From contig JAFRUZ010000016.1 in the NCBI GenBank assembly GCA_017438635.1, forward strand, positions 8,627 to 72,626: 64,000 bases of DNA. The letters are read 5' to 3'. Under the pieces are notes generated by a model that had not been told where the DNA came from, searched no databases, and saw nothing but the letters and a program-made list of their open reading frames with translations. The first letter of the stretch is position 1; each line of letters starts with the position of its first letter. The translations under genes were made by a program, and so were the position numbers. Positions 57,941 to 64,000 of the stretch are shown in pieces. The DNA is from Bacilli bacterium. GTDB lineage: Bacteria; Bacillota_I; Bacilli_A; RF39; UBA660.

Positions 57941-59770
57941 ATGGAAAATAATGGAAATAATTATCCACAAAATGTTGAATACAATTATAACTATGCTAAT
58001 CCAAATGGATATTATGTAGCTAATCCACCATTAAGTTATCACATTAAAAGATTCTTAATCGGACTTTTATTAGCATTCCTATTAATATTCTTATTAGTAT
58101 GGTTATTCCCAACAAAAACTGGATTAAAATCAACTATTAATGATAGTGTTTCAGATGCATTTGATAAAACATTTGCTGAAAAACTAGAACCATTGTATGA
58201 TAGAATCTTTTCAGATAATATTAATACAATGAAAGATGTAGCAACAGCATACTATACAACAGAAAGATTACCAAAAAAAGAAGGACAAACAAAGAAACTT
58301 ACACTAGGAGAAATGTTAGACATGAAACTTCTTCTAGCTATAAAAGACAAAAATGGAAAAATGTGTGATGAAGAAAAATCTTATGTTGAAATCACTAAAA
58401 TGGATAAAGAATACAAAATGAAAGTTAATTTATCATGTGGTGATGAAGAAGATTATATAATTACATATTTAGGTTGTTATAACTACTGTTTAAATGATGT
58501 TTGTGAGAAGAAAACAACAACTCAAGCTAAAACAGTAGTAAAAGAAAAAACAGTAACACCAACACCAATACCAACACCATCACCAATAGTTAAAAAACAT
58601 TATTGTGAAATATATGGTGGCAAGTATTATGGTAAATACGGTAAGGTAGTAAATAAATCAACTTACAAAAGCCAATGTAATCACAAAACAACAAAACATT
58701 ACTGTGTAAAATACAATGGTAAATACTATGGTAAAAATGGTACAGTAGTAAGTAAAACAATATATAACAAACAATGTGGAACTCCTGCACCAGAAAAACA
58801 TTACTGTGTATTATATAATGGTAAATACTATGGTAAAAATGGTACAGTAGTAAGTAAATCAGTATTTAAGAAACAATGTAGTACACCAGAACCAGAAAAA
58901 CATTACTGTGAATTATATAACGGTAAGTATTATGGTATAAAAGGTGACGTAGTTTCTGAAGAAGTATTTAAACAAGAATGTACACATCCAGAAGATGTAT
59001 ATAAATATTTATATGAAAAGATCGTTATAATCCATCATGATAAAGAATACAGTGAATGGACAGACTGGTCTGAAAATATAGAATATAATCCAGATAATAA
59101 CAATATTAATTGGGGTAAACACGAATTTGATTGGTATGAAAAAGTAGGTTATAAACTAACTAAATATTATTCATATGAACCAGATACAAGTCAACCAATA
59201 TATGATACATATTTTGATAGATTATTAGGATACAAAACTCAATATGCATGTGATGGATATACATACTATATAGATACAACAACTAGTACAACATACTACA
59301 CAACAGGATCAGCAACATCTGGTTGGACAAAAACAGGAAGAACAACATTATCATATTTACCATCACAATCAAACTCAAAGAGATATGTATATGTAGGTAT
59401 GGACTATGACTACTGTACAAATACATGTAACTTAAAACCATATTATATATTTGATATATATACAAGAAATCCTGGAACTGCTACTACAACAATGACATCT
59501 ACAAGCAAATCAACAGTATCTGCTGTATGTAATAATGTAGTAACAAAACAAATACCAATGTATGGTAAGAGAACAGAATTTGCAGGATATGTAACTAATA
59601 AAGTATTAAAAGAAAGAAGAACATACTATTATCACAAAAAGACACGTACTTTAATTAAAGATGAGTATAATGATACTCAAGTATATAAAGTATGGTCATT
59701 AAGTAAACATGATGAAACATTACTTAGTCAAGGTTATGAATATACAGGTATCTATAAAAAAATAAGTTAA
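57941..59770 (+). CDS. Single-pass membrane protein (609 aa) with four tandem two-Cys modules (KHYCxxYNGKYYGKNGxVVSK..F/YK.QC); unknown function
   Basis: TM FLIGLLLAFLLIFLLVWLF; repeats at aa ~219-352; Tyr/Thr-rich C-terminal domain; 20 nt after the preceding gene. Confidence 0.7.
   Translation: MENNGNNYPQNVEYNYNYANPNGYYVANPPLSYHIKRFLIGLLLAFLLIFLLVWLFPTKTGLKSTINDSVSDAFDKTFAEKLEPLYDRIFSDNINTMKDVATAYYTTERLPKKEGQTKKLTLGEMLDMKLLLAIKDKNGKMCDEEKSYVEITKMDKEYKMKVNLSCGDEEDYIITYLGCYNYCLNDVCEKKTTTQAKTVVKEKTVTPTPIPTPSPIVKKHYCEIYGGKYYGKYGKVVNKSTYKSQCNHKTTKHYCVKYNGKYYGKNGTVVSKTIYNKQCGTPAPEKHYCVLYNGKYYGKNGTVVSKSVFKKQCSTPEPEKHYCELYNGKYYGIKGDVVSEEVFKQECTHPEDVYKYLYEKIVIIHHDKEYSEWTDWSENIEYNPDNNNINWGKHEFDWYEKVGYKLTKYYSYEPDTSQPIYDTYFDRLLGYKTQYACDGYTYYIDTTTSTTYYTTGSATSGWTKTGRTTLSYLPSQSNSKRYVYVGMDYDYCTNTCNLKPYYIFDIYTRNPGTATTTMTSTSKSTVSAVCNNVVTKQIPMYGKRTEFAGYVTNKVLKERRTYYYHKKTRTLIKDEYNDTQVYKVWSLSKHDETLLSQGYEYTGIYKKIS
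58595..58996 (+). repeat. Four tandem 99-102-bp coding repeats
   Basis: Units start at 58595, 58694, 58796 and 58898. The middle two share long identical DNA runs (aaacattactgtgta..aatggtaaatactatggtaaaaatggtacagtagtaagtaaa). Confidence 0.85.
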
Positions 59771-59777
59771 TAACAAA

Positions 59778-59802
59778 AAGCAAGGTTTAAAACCTTGCTT
59801 TT
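59778..59802 (+). terminator. Intrinsic terminator
   Basis: AAGCAAGGTT-taa-AACCTTGCTT followed by TT. Confidence 0.65.
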
Positions 59803-59841
59803 ATGTGCCATAATATAATAAAATATTAGTAAGGAGGAAGT

Positions 59842-60333
59842 ATGGAAAGAAAGAATTTATATATAGATTTTGATGGAGTAATCCTAGATACTATAACTCC
59901 ATTATATAGGGATTATGAAGATCAAAAAGTAACACCTGATAAAAGAATAGAATTCTATGAAAATTATCCATGGGAAACAATTATTAATGATGATTATATA
60001 ATAAATGATGGAATAAATGATATAGATAAAATAATAGAAAGTGATAAATTTAACTTAGCAATTTTAACACATGTTAACTCCTTAAATGAAGCTGTATTAA
60101 AAATAAAGTATTTAAGAAAATATTTTAAAGATATAACAATAATTCCAGTGCCTAAAGCAATATCAAAAACAAAGATGATTCATACAAAAGATGCAATATT
60201 GATAGATGATTATGCAGGTAATTTAAGAGAATGGAAAGAAGAAGGCGGTATAGGAATTAGGTTTAATCAAAAAGGAAATGCAAAGGGATTTCAAGTAATA
60301 AAAGATTTAAGAGAAGTAATTGATATGTTTTAA
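59842..60333 (+). CDS. HAD-superfamily hydrolase, 5'(3')-deoxyribonucleotidase-like
   Basis: 163 aa; HAD motif I LYIDFDGVILDT; motif IV-like LIDDYAGN. Confidence 0.6.
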   Translation: MERKNLYIDFDGVILDTITPLYRDYEDQKVTPDKRIEFYENYPWETIINDDYIINDGINDIDKIIESDKFNLAILTHVNSLNEAVLKIKYLRKYFKDITIIPVPKAISKTKMIHTKDAILIDDYAGNLREWKEEGGIGIRFNQKGNAKGFQVIKDLREVIDMF

Positions 60334-60440
60334 ATATAATAATTGAAAAACATTAAAAACAATGATAATATATTGGTAGAAATAAGTACCTAACAAAAGG
60401 AATAGGCATATATTACTATAGAAAAATGTGAGGTTGAAGT

Positions 60441-61709
60441 ATGAAAAGAATGATAATAAATGGAAATAAAAAATTAAATGGAACAATAAGAATAAGTGGA
60501 GCAAAAAATTCTGCAGTTGCAATTATTCCTGCAGCTATTCTTACAGAAACAGAAGCAACGATATGTAATGTTCCAGAAATTTCAGATATTGAATCACTTG
60601 AAGAAATATTAAAATTTTTAGATGTGGATGTAAAAAGAGCAACTGAAACAATTGTTATAAATACTAAGAAAATGAAAAACAAGGTAATTCCTGCAGAAAT
60701 ATCAAATAAACTAAGAGCATCATATTACTTTATGGGAGCACTTTTAGCAAAGTATAAGAAAGTTGAAATGCATTTTCCTGGAGGATGCAAAATAGGAAAA
60801 AGACCAATCAATCTACATTTGGAAGGGTTTAAAAAACTTGGAGCAACTATTGAAGAAGATGGCGATAAATATATCATAACTGCAGATAAATTAATAGGAA
60901 GTAACATATACTTAGATGTAGCATCTGTTGGAGCAACAATCAATCTAATGATAGCCGCTACCAAAGCAGAAGGATTAACAACTATTGAAAATGCTGCAAG
61001 AGAACCTGAAATAGTAAATGTAGCAACATTTTTAAATAATATGGGAGCAGATATTACAGGAGCAGGAACAAGTATTATAAAAATAAAAGGAGTAGAACAT
61101 TTAACAAAAGGGTTTACTGAAATAATTCCTGATAGAATTGAAGCAGGTACATATACTATAATGGGAGCACTTCTTGGAGAAGATTTAAAAGTATCTAATA
61201 TCATCCCAGAACATATTGAATCCTTAACATCAAAACTAGAGGCTGCAGGAGCAAATATAAAAATAGAAGATGATACATTAACGTGTAATCAAGTAAAAAA
61301 ACTAAATGCCGTAAATATAAAGACATATTACTATCCAGGATTTGCAACAGATCTTCAACAACCATTTTCAGTGTTTTTAACACAATGTAGTGGCAAGTCA
61401 AAAGTTGAAGAAACAATATATGAAAATAGATTCATGCATATAGAATATTTAAATAAAATGGGTGCAAATATAACAACTAAAGATAGAATAGCTACAATAA
61501 ATGGGCCAACTCCTTTAAAAGGAGAAGATGTAGTAGCAACAGACTTACGTGCAGGGGCTGCACTTGTAATTGCAGGCCTTATTGCTGAAGGGACAACCGT
61601 TATTGAAGAAGTAGAACATATACTTCGTGGATATGAAGGAATAATAGAAAAATTAACAAACGTTGGAGCAGACATTAAAATAGAAGAAAACCCTTGTCAA
61701 AACGAATAA
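60441..61709 (+). CDS. murA: UDP-N-acetylglucosamine 1-carboxyvinyltransferase
   Basis: 422 aa; ISGAKNSAVAIIPAAIL; active-site PGGCKIGKRPINLH. Confidence 0.96.
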   Translation: MKRMIINGNKKLNGTIRISGAKNSAVAIIPAAILTETEATICNVPEISDIESLEEILKFLDVDVKRATETIVINTKKMKNKVIPAEISNKLRASYYFMGALLAKYKKVEMHFPGGCKIGKRPINLHLEGFKKLGATIEEDGDKYIITADKLIGSNIYLDVASVGATINLMIAATKAEGLTTIENAAREPEIVNVATFLNNMGADITGAGTSIIKIKGVEHLTKGFTEIIPDRIEAGTYTIMGALLGEDLKVSNIIPEHIESLTSKLEAAGANIKIEDDTLTCNQVKKLNAVNIKTYYYPGFATDLQQPFSVFLTQCSGKSKVEETIYENRFMHIEYLNKMGANITTKDRIATINGPTPLKGEDVVATDLRAGAALVIAGLIAEGTTVIEEVEHILRGYEGIIEKLTNVGADIKIEENPCQNE

Positions 61710-61776
61710 AATCTGTTATACTACTAAAGAATTATTATTACTATGACTAAAAAAGTCATGGCGAAAGGAGCGACAT

Positions 61777-61983
61777 ATGAAAAAAGGAAATATAGAACAA
61801 AAAGAAGTAACATTTAAATGTTTATGTGGAAACACATTCAAAGCAATGTCTACATCAAAAGAAGATGAAATTCATGTTGAAATCTGTTCACAATGTCATC
61901 CATTTTATACTGGAAAACAAGGAACAGCTACATTAACAGGAAATGTTGAAAAGTTTAAACAAAAATATGGAATGAAGAACTAA
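61777..61983 (+). CDS. rpmE: 50S ribosomal protein L31 (Zn-binding type)
   Basis: 68 aa; CLCGN...[12 protein letters not shown]. Confidence 0.93.
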   Translation: MKKGNIEQKEVTFKCLCGNTFKAMSTSKEDEIHVEICSQCHPFYTGKQGTATLTGNVEKFKQKYGMKN

Positions 61984-62036
61984 TAGTTCTTTTTTTTTAT
62001 AAAAAACTATTATATAATAAAAATAGGTGATGAAAT

Positions 62037-62477
62037 ATGAAGATAGCTTTTGCAAATGATCATAGAGGATATAATTTAAAAAAATACTTAATAGAAGAAT
62101 TAAAAAAGAACTATGAAGTACTAGATTTAGGGACAAACAGTACCCAATCTGTAGATTTTCCAGAATACGGAATAGCTCTTGGAGAAGCAATAATTAATAA
62201 AGAAGCAGATTTAGGTATAGCAATATGTGGAACAGGAATAGGAATATCAATTGCTGCTAACAAAGTAAAAGGTATAATGTGTGCTAAAATAAGTGATGGA
62301 ACAGAAGCAAGACTAGCAAAAGAACACAATAATGCTAATATAATAGCTCTTTCAGGAGATCTTCCTCAATCAGAAGCATTAAATATGGTGAATATATTTT
62401 TAAACTCTACACCAAATACAGAAGAAAAATATCAAAGAAGAATAAATGAAATACTAGAATATGATAATGAACGTTAA
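62037..62477 (+). CDS. rpiB: Ribose-5-phosphate isomerase B
   Basis: 146 aa; MKIAFANDHRGYNLK...ICGTGIGISIAANK. Confidence 0.92.
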   Translation: MKIAFANDHRGYNLKKYLIEELKKNYEVLDLGTNSTQSVDFPEYGIALGEAIINKEADLGIAICGTGIGISIAANKVKGIMCAKISDGTEARLAKEHNNANIIALSGDLPQSEALNMVNIFLNSTPNTEEKYQRRINEILEYDNER

Positions 62478-62664
62478 GTTTTTATTATATATAGTAGTTA
62501 CAATATTTGTAATACTATCATTAGATTCAATAAACATAAATCAAATATTTAAAAAGAATAAAGTATTTCAAGCTAGATTATTTATACTTTTTCTAGCATT
62601 ATCTTTGATATATTTAGTTACTAATTTCATATATGATTTTGCAATGTATTCAAAAATTTTATAA
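62461..62664 (+). CDS. Small two-TM membrane protein, hypothetical
   Basis: 67 aa, hydrophobic; overlaps the rpiB end. Confidence 0.4.
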   Translation: MIMNVKFLLYIVVTIFVILSLDSININQIFKKNKVFQARLFILFLALSLIYLVTNFIYDFAMYSKIL

Positions 62665-62716
62665 AAAATGTATAAAACCTCATTATTAGTAAAAACTTAT
62701 AATGAGGTGATTTTTT

Positions 62717-63346
62717 ATGATAAAAAGAAGTCCAAAGTATTATTTTTTAAGTGGAATAGTAGTATTAGTATTAGGTTTAGTATGCATAATTAGTTATGCA
62801 GTTACAAAATCATTAGACAAGGAAGAAGAACCAGAATTAAGATATGTATCGTATGAAATATTAACAGATAATGTAATGCCAGTAATAAACGAACAAGAAA
62901 CTAGTAACGTGATAATGAGACCATATACTGCTGATAAAGTAGAAATAGGAAAAACTTTTTATGATTATAATTCAGATGAAGAAAAACAAGAAGGATCTGT
63001 CATATACTATGAAAACACTTATATTCAAAATACAGGAGTAGATTATACAAGCAAAGAAGAATTCGATATTAATGCTATAGCAGATGGAACAGTAGTATCA
63101 GTAACTAAAGATGACATAGTAGGCACTACAGTAAAAATAGAACATAGTAACAATATGATAAGCGTTTATCAAAGTATAAAAGATGTAAAAGTAAAAGAAA
63201 ATGATCAAGTTACTATAGGACAAGTAATAGGTAAAAGTGGAACAAATAGTATTGGTAGTGAACTAGGAAATCATTTACATTTTGAACTTTATCAAGAAGA
63301 TGTACTAGTAGATCCAGAAATAGTATTTAATAGTCAAGGTAACTAA
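62717..63346 (+). CDS. Membrane-anchored M23/LytM-domain protein (SpoIIQ-like architecture)
   Basis: 209 aa; N-terminal TM; LytM core GVDYT...GTVVSV...HLHFELYQ. Confidence 0.7.
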   Translation: MIKRSPKYYFLSGIVVLVLGLVCIISYAVTKSLDKEEEPELRYVSYEILTDNVMPVINEQETSNVIMRPYTADKVEIGKTFYDYNSDEEKQEGSVIYYENTYIQNTGVDYTSKEEFDINAIADGTVVSVTKDDIVGTTVKIEHSNNMISVYQSIKDVKVKENDQVTIGQVIGKSGTNSIGSELGNHLHFELYQEDVLVDPEIVFNSQGN

Positions 63347-63347
63347 T

Positions 63348-64000
63348 ATGTTTAGTAAAGATATTGGAATAGATTTAGGAACAGTCAATATACTTATATA
63401 TATTAAAGGTGAAGGAATAGTATTAAATGAACCTAGTGTCATTGTAATAGATGAAGACAGTAAAAACACCGTAGCAGTAGGAAAAGAAGCAAATGATATG
63501 TTAGGAAAAACACCAGGGAAACTAAAAGCAATAAAGCCTATGAAAGACGGAGTAATAGCAAATTTTGAATTGGTTGAAGAACTACTTGAACACTTTTTAA
63601 AAAAGATAAATGTAGGTACAAAAATAAACAAACCTAGAATACTTATTTGTTGTCCATCGAACATTACAGAAGTAGAAAAAAATGCTATTAAAGAAGTAGC
63701 AGAAAGAACAGGTGCTAGAAAAGTATTTGTAGAAGAAGAACCAAAAGTTGCAGCAATAGGAGCTGGTCTTGATATAGGAAAACCTGAAGGCAACATGGTA
63801 GTAGATATCGGAGGAGGAACAACAGATATTGCAGTACTATCATTAGGAAATATAGTAACAAGTGAATCAATAAGAATTGCAGGTAATACATTTGATCAAA
63901 ATATAACAGATTATATAAAAGATAAATATAAACTTTTAATTGGAGAAAAAACAGCAGAGAAAATAAAAATGACTATTGGTAGTGCAAAACAAGGCAAGAC
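63348..64000 (+). CDS. mreB: Rod-shape-determining protein MreB/Mbl, N-terminal part (continues beyond the window)
   Basis: Absent from the ORF track (open at the edge). Translation from ATG 63348: MFSKDIGIDLGTVNILIYIKGEGIVLNEPSVI...DIGGGTTDIAVLS. Confidence 0.93.
   Translation, partial: MFSKDIGIDLGTVNILIYIKGEGIVLNEPSVIVIDEDSKNTVAVGKEANDMLGKTPGKLKAIKPMKDGVIANFELVEELLEHFLKKINVGTKINKPRILICCPSNITEVEKNAIKEVAERTGARKVFVEEEPKVAAIGAGLDIGKPEGNMVVDIGGGTTDIAVLSLGNIVTSESIRIAGNTFDQNITDYIKDKYKLLIGEKTAEKIKMTIGSAKQGK

Overview
This window covers the chromosomal replication-origin region of a very AT-rich, spore-forming, low-GC Gram-positive bacterium (Bacillota). It uses the standard genetic code, with TGA as a stop, for example at the parA/parB ATGAATGA overlap. 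Gene orientation flips at about 17.5-18.5 kb. To the left, mfd-pth-yaaT-holB-recR-ybaB-dnaX-tadA-ffs-gyrA-gyrB-recF-comK-dnaN-dnaA all lie on the minus strand. To the right, rpmH-rnpA-yidC-jag-mnmE-mnmG-rsmG-noc-parA-parB-ychF-rpsF-ssb-rpsR-rplI-dnaB-rlmH-ung-rpoE-prfA-prmC-spoIIR-murA-rpmE-rpiB-mreB lie mostly on the plus strand. I saw no tRNA, rRNA, CRISPR array, transposase, integrase or recognisable defence island. The most unusual feature is a roughly 1 kb non-coding/tadA/SRP-RNA segment (7.54-8.60 kb) that holds eight copies of the ParB centromere palindrome parS (seven of them perfect TGTTTCACGTGAAACA). The same segment holds two identical copies of the Noc-binding palindrome (ATTATTTCCCGGGAAATAAT). 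The cognate ParB and an atypical Noc paralogue are encoded about 20 kb away in the same window. The second notable point is oriC. The dnaA-flanking spacers lack the canonical TTATCCACA box and are instead packed with TTATTAACA/TGTTAATAA 9-mers, while the encoded DnaA carries KNHATV where RDHTTV normally forms the base-contacting segment. Other items are uncharacterised genes inserted into normally contiguous housekeeping operons (jag|mnmE|mnmG, rsmG-noc|parA), an ATP-grasp plus unknown gene pair, an orphan promoter with three hairpin/T-tract modules upstream of rpsF, and a two-gene operon for repeat-rich membrane proteins. All calls come from reading the sequence and the ORF track by eye; no database search or folding calculation was possible.
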